Source: Fibrobacteria bacterium (GTDB taxonomy: Bacteria; Fibrobacterota; Fibrobacteria; UBA11236). Taken from it: a stretch of 64,000 nt of DNA. A model generated the notes under the pieces. That model did not search any database. It had not been told where the DNA came from and saw nothing but the letters and a program-made list of their open reading frames with translations. Position 1 is the stretch's first letter, and each line of letters starts with the position of its first letter. Shown piece by piece: positions 8,893-17,398 of this stretch. The translations under genes and the position numbers were made by a program. The stretch spans positions 32,001 through 96,000 of the forward strand of contig JBGTHM010000115.1 in the NCBI GenBank assembly GCA_041746255.1, in the 5' to 3' direction.

Positions 8893-11340
8893 TCACAAGC
8901 TGGAGCTACTGAGCGCCTTCGGTAAATCGATTCCCACACCGAATTGCACGTAGAGATAAGGGGAGTCTTGATTCAACCCCCCCAAGCCGGCGCGTACGGG
9001 ACCGGCCGGCGAGGCCCAATCCAGGCCCGTTTCCCAATAGTATTGACGCGGAGTGATTTCCATCCCATGTTGTGCATGTAATTTTTCCATGCCATCGCCC
9101 AGCCTTTCAAATGCACCGACTCCCAAAAGCAAAGTCCACCGTTTCCAGGTTGGCCGCCAATTTACTCGGGCGTTCAGGAAATATTCGGATAAAAAAGGCA
9201 ACATCATCGCGGTATTTTGGAAGGAGAGGGCCTGCGCCTCACCCAAGACCAGGATTTCGGGAGGGAATTTGACTACTGGATCCAAATCCGACCAATAATA
9301 ATGGCCATGCATGGCCCAGTCACCCCAATGTAAATCCACGCCGGCCTCACGCACTTGCGAAGGCGGTTTGGGCGCTCCGAAAAGGATTTCCGGGTTTCGA
9401 TGTTTATAGCGTAGGAAAAATTGGTGCGTCGCCTTTAAAAAGTCTTTCGGCGAACGAATGCGGATTTCCTGGGTAAAGTCGGTGGAAAGATAGGAACCAC
9501 TGGGTATGACCAGGATGGGCAGAATCTCAGGCGTCTCGATTTCGACATCCTCGTCCTTATACAAAATTTCCACGCGGGCAATTTGAGTCGAGAATTCGAG
9601 GGGGGAATCGGGGAAAAGCCGTAAAAAAAGTTCGCCCTGGTCCAGTTTCACATCGGTGGAGATGGCGCCGAGTTTCCGTAAGGCCCGTGTGGGCTCCGGA
9701 TGAAGCCACTCCTGGATATACCTGCGAACTCCAAATTGCAGCGTTACCGGATGCAAGGGATGCGCGAAAACTTGTCCTCCGTAACCGCTCCCTCTGCCTC
9801 CGAGAGCCAATGCGCCGTCGACCACGAAAGGAACGTAAAAGGGCTCCGCCCACGTCAGCCTCCCGAATGCCTGGGTATTCCGGCCGCTTAGCCAATTCCC
9901 TCCACCCTGAAGGGTGATTTTCGATTTTTCCATCCCCTCGAATAACAAAGAGGAGCGCCCAATCACCGAATCGCGCACCCAGGAAACATCCAGGTTACTA
10001 TAAAACCCGGAAAACGCCAGCGATTCCATCGCCACCCGGTTCAATTCGGGAGTCTGTTTTTTTGATTCCCGTTGCAACATGTCCAGCAGCAATTGCCTGC
10101 CTCCCGACGCCAATTCATCCACCGACACATGTTCAATGCCCAAGGGAAGCCGGGCGGAAGCCATGGTTTTCCCGTCCCCCTCTTTTTTTCCCAACACCGC
10201 CCGCAACACGTCCATCATTTCCAGAACCGCGACATATCCCCGCATCCGCCACGCTTCGGGCTTCAACCTCTCCGCGGAATCCAGGGGAGGAATCACCGGT
10301 ATTTCCAAAATTTTATCCTCGTTACCGCTCCAACTCTGTTGTGAAGACCTTCGTTTCACCTGCTGGTTGAGAGAATCGATCCAAGGCGGATCGCCATGCG
10401 AGAAACCCGGAACAGCGCCGCTACCGGAACGGAAATCGACGATAAGCAACCTGTCGAAAGTGAAAGCGGAATCCCGCAATATCGGCATATTCCCGGAGAC
10501 CAAGGAGCCCGATGTCAGGAAAGAGCGGTACTGCCTCTCTCGAACCCACTCGCTTGGAAGCACCGAAGCCTTGAGCAATTCCTGCAGTGAACCGCTGCCC
10601 GCAGTGACGATATCCCCCGTACGGGTATCGGTCATTTGTAAATACAACTTGCGGCGCGTATGCTCCAATCGATCCACGGGCCCACCCGGCGCCTCGTGAC
10701 TCACTTGCGCCATCAGCCAGGCGGCATGCACATGCTCCGATGTCAGTGTGCTGGGACGGGTTCCCAAACGTAAATTTTCACCGCTACCGCTGATATTACC
10801 CAGCCGGTATTCCAATTGGGGACGACCATGCCGCCGAAAAAAATCGGCGGGCCCTGTAGGCGGAACCCTTTCCAAAGGACGAAAATAATAGCCGGGATCG
10901 CGCTCCAGCAATCGCACACCCAATTCATCCAAGGGATAATCGACGGCCCAGGCGGCGCCCAGCAAGGCGGATATCCCCTCCGCCAAAACCACATCGGGCT
11001 CCAGTCCATAATCGCGCATGGCTTGCAATGCGCCCAATTGGGTAAACAGCAACCAATTATCGCTGCTGAGAAACAGCACGTTGCCATGATGCTCACTTCC
11101 CGGAAGCGCTTTCTGGGCTCCGGAGTCCGGCACAGAAACGGCCGCCGTATTGTGCGGTTCTGGCTGCTCAGGAGGCTTTGGTAAGCTCGTGCCTACGGTG
11201 TCTTCAGCTTGTTCGGGAGGGTCGGGAAGGTTTTCCGAGGTATCCAGCGTTACGAACGCGAAGGAAGAGGTCACCAGCAGGGCTAGAGTCCCAAAAGCCA
11301 GGGCGGTTGTGTTTTTCCGGGATCGCTTTTTAATTTGCAT
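8893..11340 (-). CDS. PlpD-like patatin + POTRA-like + beta-barrel protein with degenerate catalytic motifs
   Basis: 'LFLSSDNWLLFTQLGALQAMRDYGLEPDVVLAEGISALLGAAWAVDYPLDEL' parallels the patatin N-terminus. C-terminal 'SPAGPVRAGLG...LYVQFG' is typical of PlpD/Omp85 barrels. Confidence 0.65.
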   Translation of the reverse strand: MQIKKRSRKNTTALAFGTLALLVTSSFAFVTLDTSENLPDPPEQAEDTVGTSLPKPPEQPEPHNTAAVSVPDSGAQKALPGSEHHGNVLFLSSDNWLLFTQLGALQAMRDYGLEPDVVLAEGISALLGAAWAVDYPLDELGVRLLERDPGYYFRPLERVPPTGPADFFRRHGRPQLEYRLGNISGSGENLRLGTRPSTLTSEHVHAAWLMAQVSHEAPGGPVDRLEHTRRKLYLQMTDTRTGDIVTAGSGSLQELLKASVLPSEWVRERQYRSFLTSGSLVSGNMPILRDSAFTFDRLLIVDFRSGSGAVPGFSHGDPPWIDSLNQQVKRRSSQQSWSGNEDKILEIPVIPPLDSAERLKPEAWRMRGYVAVLEMMDVLRAVLGKKEGDGKTMASARLPLGIEHVSVDELASGGRQLLLDMLQRESKKQTPELNRVAMESLAFSGFYSNLDVSWVRDSVIGRSSLLFEGMEKSKITLQGGGNWLSGRNTQAFGRLTWAEPFYVPFVVDGALALGGRGSGYGGQVFAHPLHPVTLQFGVRRYIQEWLHPEPTRALRKLGAISTDVKLDQGELFLRLFPDSPLEFSTQIARVEILYKDEDVEIETPEILPILVIPSGSYLSTDFTQEIRIRSPKDFLKATHQFFLRYKHRNPEILFGAPKPPSQVREAGVDLHWGDWAMHGHYYWSDLDPVVKFPPEILVLGEAQALSFQNTAMMLPFLSEYFLNARVNWRPTWKRWTLLLGVGAFERLGDGMEKLHAQHGMEITPRQYYWETGLDWASPAGPVRAGLGGLNQDSPYLYVQFGVGIDLPKALSSSSL

Positions 11341-11342
11341 TC

Positions 11343-11669
11343 ATGCACGTATTACTGGTTTACATTACTACTCAAGATAAGTCCGAAGCCAGAAAAATAG
11401 GGGCCGCCCTGGTGAAAAACCGCCTGGCGGCCTGCGTGAATATTCTGGAGGGAATGGAATCGATTTATTGGTGGCAGGGCAAGCTGGAAGAAGGACACGA
11501 ATGCGTTCTCATCGCCAAAACCGTAGAGGAGAAATTTTCCGAACTCCAGGCCATGGTGCTGGAACTCCACAGTTATTCTTGTCCCTGCGTGATTTCCGTA
11601 AAAGTGGAGGCGGGTAATCCGGATTACCTTGCATGGATAGCCGCCGAATGCGGAAGTCAGCATGCCTAG
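11343..11669 (+). CDS. cutA: Divalent-cation tolerance protein CutA
   Basis: LAACVNI, SIYWWQG, HSYSCPC, GNPDYLAW. Confidence 0.93.
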   Translation: MHVLLVYITTQDKSEARKIGAALVKNRLAACVNILEGMESIYWWQGKLEEGHECVLIAKTVEEKFSELQAMVLELHSYSCPCVISVKVEAGNPDYLAWIAAECGSQHA

Positions 11670-12219
11670 GGTATTCGTGGGAATCGACCTGCCCCGCCCC
11701 ACCAAAGATGAAATCGCCGAGGTGGCGCAGGGTTTGATCGGCGCGCGATGGACGGACCCGGATAATTACCATGTGACCTTACGCTTTCTGGGGGATTTAA
11801 GCAGCCCGGATTTGCAAGCCCTTCGGGAAAGGCTGGGGAGTCTCCGTTGCCCAAATTTTCCTTTGCGTATTCGGGGCATGGGTCATTTTCCTCCCCGGGG
11901 TCAGCCGACAACTTTATGGGCGGGAGTAGAGCGCTCGGATGAGTTGGTTTCCCTCCGTAACCGGGTGGAACGCCTGGCCGTAAAAATGGGCTTCCCCGGC
12001 GATTCCCGCAATTTCTTCCCGCATATCTCGCTTGCGAATGTGAAGGGCGCACGTCCCGATCAGGTGGGCTTGTTTCTGCAAAATTTTTCGCTTTTCGAGG
12101 CGGAAGTGATTACCGCCCGGGCCTTTAGCTTATACTCCAGCTTACTGACTTCGGAGGGCCCTGTTTATACCATTGAAGCCGAATACGGCCTGGACGGCGA
12201 GCCGAACGGGGATGATTGA
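11662..12219 (+). CDS. thpR: RNA 2',3'-cyclic phosphodiesterase (2H phosphoesterase)
   Basis: Two HxT/S motifs: HVTLRFLG and PHISLA. Confidence 0.92.
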   Translation: MPRVFVGIDLPRPTKDEIAEVAQGLIGARWTDPDNYHVTLRFLGDLSSPDLQALRERLGSLRCPNFPLRIRGMGHFPPRGQPTTLWAGVERSDELVSLRNRVERLAVKMGFPGDSRNFFPHISLANVKGARPDQVGLFLQNFSLFEAEVITARAFSLYSSLLTSEGPVYTIEAEYGLDGEPNGDD

Positions 12220-12253
12220 TTTAGCCGCGAGGTCGGTCGCGAAGCGTTGAAGT

Positions 12254-13060
12254 TTAGAGGAAATCGCGACGGTTAAACCACAGGCAGGTAATCAGCAATA
12301 TGGCCCCTATGAACGACATGCCATAAATCGTGGTCAATACCAGATAATTCTCCGGAACCGGCAAATCATAGACCACTCTCCCCCGGATGTTGAAATTTTC
12401 CAGGTTGGGAATGAAATAATAGGTGGCTTTCGCGATGCCTTCCGTCCACGGGGAAACCTCAGGGTTACCGGGGAGACGGCTGCCGTATTTTTTAATGAAG
12501 GCGATGTGGTTCAAGATATCCCCGGAAAGGTGGCCCGCCACATAGACGCCCAGGGTAAATACCGCGCTCAGGGTCGGAGTGGAAAAGGAGGAGAACAGCA
12601 GGGCCACGGCCACGATCACGGCCATTTCCCAATAGATCAGGTAAATCGCTCCCAGTAGTCGCCAATCGGGGTGATAGTGTCCGAACCATAAAATGGCATA
12701 GAAGAAAACCGTCATCACCGACAAATTGATCAGCAACACCGCCAGCAATCCCAGGTATTTGCCGACAATGAAATACCAGCGCGGAATGGGCTTGGCGAGC
12801 AAGGTCAAAGCCGTTTTACGCTGAATTTCCTTTTGCACCAAACCGATGCCTACGAAAATGGACATGAGCAATCCGCTGATGGACATGACCGCCAAGGTGA
12901 AGTCCTTAATGACTTTTTCGGCGCCGAGTACCGACCATTCCCCCAGCACCAGGGAAAAACAAATCAGCCCCAAGGCGAAAATCACCAGATTATAGAGGAT
13001 TTTATCGCGGACTGTTTCGCGAAACGCATTGAAGGCAATGGTACTGATCGCTTGTATCAT
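12254..13060 (-). CDS. ABC transporter permease (PilI-like)
   Basis: NAFRETVRDK, EIQRKTALTLLAKPIPR...GKYLG, about 6 TM segments, ends FNRRDF. Confidence 0.85.
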   Translation of the reverse strand: MIQAISTIAFNAFRETVRDKILYNLVIFALGLICFSLVLGEWSVLGAEKVIKDFTLAVMSISGLLMSIFVGIGLVQKEIQRKTALTLLAKPIPRWYFIVGKYLGLLAVLLINLSVMTVFFYAILWFGHYHPDWRLLGAIYLIYWEMAVIVAVALLFSSFSTPTLSAVFTLGVYVAGHLSGDILNHIAFIKKYGSRLPGNPEVSPWTEGIAKATYYFIPNLENFNIRGRVVYDLPVPENYLVLTTIYGMSFIGAILLITCLWFNRRDFL

Positions 13061-13959
13061 ACTTTCGCGACCTCCTGCGCCAATACGTCTTCCAGGGAGC
13101 CACGTAACGGTTCCATCTGTTCGATTTCCAAATTCTTATCCAGGGCGAATCGCAGGAATTCCCGTTTGGAGGCGGCCGTCGAGCAATGGATGTGGAATTG
13201 ATCAGTCGTTTCGCAATCCGCGGGCAATTCGCCCGTCGGTAAGGGCTGCGAAAGCCGTATTTGAAAACCGTCGGAATGGTCTCCGATGACTTCGGATACC
13301 GAACCTTCGCGTCGGATACTTCCGTCCACAATCATGGCTATGCGAGTGCAAATGGCTTCGACATCACTGAGCACATGCGTGGAATAGAACACCGTGGTTC
13401 CTTCCCTGTGGAGACGCTGCAGCAGAAGGCGGACGTCGCGCCTTCCCATGGGATCGAGCCCCGACATGGGTTCGTCAAAAATGACTGCCTTCGGACGCGA
13501 AATCAGCGCCTGGGCCAATCCGACCCGTTGCAGCATCCCTTTACTGTACGACCGCAATCTCCGCTCCAGCCAAACCGGATCGGCGCCGGCCAAAGCCGCC
13601 GATTCTTCGATTCGCTGCTGCAATTCACGACCCCGGAGTCCGCCCAATTTGCCGTAGAACCGGAGTAACTCGTGGCCGGTAAGATAATCGTAGAAATAGG
13701 GCTGCTCGGGCAGATAGCCGACATATCGGCGGCTTTCGGGATGGCCTGCCGGTCGACCCATCAACATGACCTTTCCCGAAGTGGCCTTCAATAAACCCAG
13801 GACCACCTTGATTGTGGAGGATTTTCCGGAACCATTAGGCCCGATAAACCCGAACAAATCTCCCTCCCGTACTTCCAAATTGATGCCTTTCAAAGCATAT
13901 ACGGGTTTGCGCAAAAATTCGGGTTTAAAGGTTTTGCGCAAATCGGAAATTTGAATCAT
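13057..13959 (-). CDS. ABC transporter ATP-binding protein (PilH-like)
   Basis: Walker A GPNGSGKS, signature YSKGM, Walker B IFDEP. Confidence 0.93.
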   Translation of the reverse strand: MIQISDLRKTFKPEFLRKPVYALKGINLEVREGDLFGFIGPNGSGKSSTIKVVLGLLKATSGKVMLMGRPAGHPESRRYVGYLPEQPYFYDYLTGHELLRFYGKLGGLRGRELQQRIEESAALAGADPVWLERRLRSYSKGMLQRVGLAQALISRPKAVIFDEPMSGLDPMGRRDVRLLLQRLHREGTTVFYSTHVLSDVEAICTRIAMIVDGSIRREGSVSEVIGDHSDGFQIRLSQPLPTGELPADCETTDQFHIHCSTAASKREFLRFALDKNLEIEQMEPLRGSLEDVLAQEVAKV

Positions 13960-14270
13960 CCGCCTCTTCCCTTTCTTTTTCCCATCCGGTGCCGATAAAA
14001 GAGGATGCGACCCAGAAAGTATGACATCGCACCCGCCATCAATAGGTATTTCCCCAGTAAATTAGCGTCTATCACGAAATCATCGTATTGCAAAGGGTGA
14101 TTTCGGGAGAGATAAAAACATAATCCGGCCAATAGAATCGAGACGAATCCACCTATAACCAGAGTCCGGCTGAGCCGTTCGGTCCAGGGTGGTTTTTCGA
14201 AAAGCGCCTCCTGAGGCGACAATCTGGGTTTTCCGGACGGCATGGAATGGTTTTCAGGTTTTTCACTCAT
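13956..14270 (-). CDS. Small two-TM membrane protein, hypothetical
   Basis: Two hydrophobic segments. Stop overlaps the ABC ATPase start by 4 bp. Confidence 0.65.
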   Translation of the reverse strand: MSEKPENHSMPSGKPRLSPQEALFEKPPWTERLSRTLVIGGFVSILLAGLCFYLSRNHPLQYDDFVIDANLLGKYLLMAGAMSYFLGRILFYRHRMGKRKGRGG

Positions 14271-14399
14271 TGCATTTTCCTTTTATCGGGGAAAAGAATT
14301 CAAGGTTAGGATCGGTTTTTCCAAGTTAACAATTCCGGAGGGACGAATCCGCCGACTTTAACCCTTTCGGGCGTGAATAAGCGTATGCGTGAACGAATA

Positions 14400-15071
14400 T
14401 CAATGGAGATCTTCGGCCCGCACCCTGACTCCACCGAACTGCTCGAGCAAATACACAGCCTGGCGGATAGGATCCGATTCCTTGCTTCGCGCCAGACTTT
14501 CCGCTCCTTGCAGGATCAAGGGGAAGGTCCGGTACAAATCGAGCTTCCAACCGCCGCGTTCATTCACAAAATGGAAAACGGGAACCCGATCGGCTTTCGC
14601 AAACCCTAATTCCGCCGAATTACCGAAAACATGGTAGTTTCCCAGACCGCCTTTCAAGATGCTGCTCTTGACGGTCGAATTATGCATAACGGCTTTCTCG
14701 AGGATGGACATGGGAGTGGGTATGAAAGCGGGATTAAGGCGCTGCTCCACGCGTAAGGCCACAACCGTCAGCACTTCAAAGAAGGGGCGTTCCCGCAATC
14801 TGTCCGCCTTCTCGGCCCGGGCCGAATAACGCATGTCTTGCAGCCATTCCTGTGTCCGGGTGGAAAGCCCCTGCAATACCGCTTCGGAATTTCCCGCCTG
14901 GACGGCCTGGCGGAAAGAGAGGAAGAACTTCTCCACCGCCGCCGCGGCTTCGGGATCCGACTCCGCCACCCGCTGGGAAGCGCTTCCTCCGGCACATCCC
15001 ACAAGCAAAGCCGTCACAACGAGCAACAGGGCAGGAAATAAGGAGTTACTTCCTCTTAGCACGGCTCTCAC
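14400..15071 (-). CDS. Hypothetical lipoprotein
   Basis: Lipobox LLVG-C, 'ERGGWKLD' NTF2/DUF4878-like ending motif. 4-bp overlap with the upstream gene. Confidence 0.7.
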   Translation of the reverse strand: MRAVLRGSNSLFPALLLVVTALLVGCAGGSASQRVAESDPEAAAAVEKFFLSFRQAVQAGNSEAVLQGLSTRTQEWLQDMRYSARAEKADRLRERPFFEVLTVVALRVEQRLNPAFIPTPMSILEKAVMHNSTVKSSILKGGLGNYHVFGNSAELGFAKADRVPVFHFVNERGGWKLDLYRTFPLILQGAESLARSKESDPIRQAVYLLEQFGGVRVRAEDLH

Positions 15072-17398
15072 CGCAGATTATCCTCTAAAACGGCCAGCCG
15101 ATTCGCGAAAGCAGCGCGTTTCTTTTCCCAACTTTTTCGACTCCATTCGTCGTCGGGTCGGAACTGTTTGTGCGTGAAAAAATCCAGGAAATCCGCCAAG
15201 GCATCCCTGTCAAAGGGGTTTTGGAAAATGAGGTAACCTTCGGCAATAGCCAATGCCTCGTCGATATTCCGGTTATCGATGTTCGTATTTTCCCGCCACG
15301 TCCAATAGGCCAAGGCCGCCGCTTCCGCCTCCACTCCTTGCTGTAATCCCAAAGCCTTCAGTGCGAATCCCCGGGCCATTTGCGGGTTGGATTGGATTTC
15401 CGGTTGCCGCAACAGAAAATCCAGGGAAAGTCCGTCCAGTTCTTCGCTGTCAATACGGTACAACATGGCCTGCAAGGCTTCCACACGCTCTCCCTCCCGC
15501 AAGAGACAACCTGCGAGCAAAATCGCCATACCCCCGGAAAGCCTCCTTTCGCGGCTGTATAGTCTGATGAAATTTATGGCGCGAGCGTATTCCCCGGATT
15601 GATAAAGGCTGCGTAAATATTCCAGCATCTGGCTTTCGTACACCTGGTGTTTCAGGAGAAATTCCGACATGACGGAATCGGCGTCGGAATCCTGGGACTT
15701 TATACCCGTCCAATAGCGGTATTCCCAATCCGGGAAATGCAATCCCGTTCCTGCCGACCTGCCGAGATGGTGGATGACGTCCGGTAAATCCTTGCCGGAG
15801 GAATGCGCCAAAAGGTATTGCAAATACGCTTCGCTTTGGGCCTCCGCATCTTTTCCGAGAATTCCAATCACTTCGTCATAACGGGAGTCCGGAACGACAA
15901 CGGCAAGAGTATTGTAAAGACGGCTCCAATCTTCTCCAAAGCGAGTCCATCTTTGGTCGTCCCAGATATCGTAGGTATTGACGTCGTAGGTTACCAGCGT
16001 GCGTAAAACCTCATCGTATCCGAAAACCGCCAGCACATGGCCCGGTATGAATGTCAGCACGGGAATACCGGCATCGATAAGCCGGAATAAATCCTCCATT
16101 TTTCTCAACGGCAAAACCAGATTCCGGAATCCCCGCGATTCCGCGAAGAAAACCTCGTCCGTCATAAGGCTTCCCTGTTCCAATTGCGTGATTTCGGCTC
16201 CGATATGCCTGGCTCCCGCCCGATCACCCCAAAAGTTTAAAATGAGTCCCAGCGAATTCGGAACGCAATAGGCGCTTTTGTATTCCGTCTTCGCTTCGAT
16301 GCCCGGTATCACCACCCTGCGGCTACGTTCCCCGTCCGCGGTATCCAACCTGTCCTTGAAATCATGCGCATCCAAAAGCAACTGCGATTGCCGGTTATGC
16401 TTGACGATCATGGACACGAACGCTTCTTTCGCCTCTAAGATTTTCCCGTTCTTGCGATGGAGCAAACCTAAACGGAATTGCAGATAAGACTTCAGCGATG
16501 CCGATTCGGATCCTTCCAAGGCGCGTGAATAGAAGGGTACGGACCAATGCGTCATCCCCTGCTTTTCAAAATATTGTCCCAACAAAAGCGCATAGCTTAC
16601 CGGGGTGCCGGTAAAGAAGGTTACACCGGCCATGGACACCAGCAACGCACCCATGCGCCGGCCGAATCGCCCGGTAAAGCGTCGGTTGAACGACAAAGCT
16701 CCCTTCGAATCCTGGAAAGCGAGAATGACGGGAGGTAAGGCGATTAGCCATAACAAGAGGAAAAGGGATTGCCGCGTGGTCTCAAACCAGGAAGGAAACA
16801 AACCCAAAGAGGCGACCTGCCAAAAAGGAACGACTACGGCAATGAGGAATAACTGGTAAATCACCATATGTGTGGTGAATGCCAGCAGGCAAAATCCCGC
16901 GAAACCGGGAACCGTGGGCGCTTTGCCGAAACGTGCGAGCGGCAGCGCGCAGAAAAAAACCAACAAAATCAGGGAAGTCCAAGCTACGCCCAACCCGGTG
17001 GAGATTCCCTCCAAGGAGGCGTTAACCGGATAATACCGGCTCCATAACGCATCCGCCAGCCATTGTTCCCAGGCAGCCCACATGAGCGCGGGAGGGGCGG
17101 CCGCCAGGGTAACGGCGGCGGCGATGCGGAGCGTGTTGATTCTCCGTTGCGGATGCGGCTGACGAGGCCCGGAGTGGCGTGCTATCAGATAAAGGAAAAA
17201 GGGAAGATTCCAAAACAGGTATCCAGCGGGCGGCAACCACCAGGCGGGCGACCAAATCAGCAGCAGATAAGGAGGAAGTCCGCCCAGAAGGAAAATCCGC
17301 TTCATCCGCCGGGAAAATTCCGTTCCCATGAAGAAAAGCGCCGCCCAGGGTCCGCCCAATAGCGCCAACAAGCTTGCGAAGCGGGGCAGTTTTGTCAT
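15068..17398 (-). CDS. Multi-pass membrane protein with TPRs and an intact C39-like cysteine peptidase domain
   Basis: Several N-terminal TM helices, YCVPNSLGLILNFWG (Cys), GHVLAVFGYD (His), TYD (Asp). Confidence 0.7.
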   Translation of the reverse strand: MTKLPRFASLLALLGGPWAALFFMGTEFSRRMKRIFLLGGLPPYLLLIWSPAWWLPPAGYLFWNLPFFLYLIARHSGPRQPHPQRRINTLRIAAAVTLAAAPPALMWAAWEQWLADALWSRYYPVNASLEGISTGLGVAWTSLILLVFFCALPLARFGKAPTVPGFAGFCLLAFTTHMVIYQLFLIAVVVPFWQVASLGLFPSWFETTRQSLFLLLWLIALPPVILAFQDSKGALSFNRRFTGRFGRRMGALLVSMAGVTFFTGTPVSYALLLGQYFEKQGMTHWSVPFYSRALEGSESASLKSYLQFRLGLLHRKNGKILEAKEAFVSMIVKHNRQSQLLLDAHDFKDRLDTADGERSRRVVIPGIEAKTEYKSAYCVPNSLGLILNFWGDRAGARHIGAEITQLEQGSLMTDEVFFAESRGFRNLVLPLRKMEDLFRLIDAGIPVLTFIPGHVLAVFGYDEVLRTLVTYDVNTYDIWDDQRWTRFGEDWSRLYNTLAVVVPDSRYDEVIGILGKDAEAQSEAYLQYLLAHSSGKDLPDVIHHLGRSAGTGLHFPDWEYRYWTGIKSQDSDADSVMSEFLLKHQVYESQMLEYLRSLYQSGEYARAINFIRLYSRERRLSGGMAILLAGCLLREGERVEALQAMLYRIDSEELDGLSLDFLLRQPEIQSNPQMARGFALKALGLQQGVEAEAAALAYWTWRENTNIDNRNIDEALAIAEGYLIFQNPFDRDALADFLDFFTHKQFRPDDEWSRKSWEKKRAAFANRLAVLEDNLR

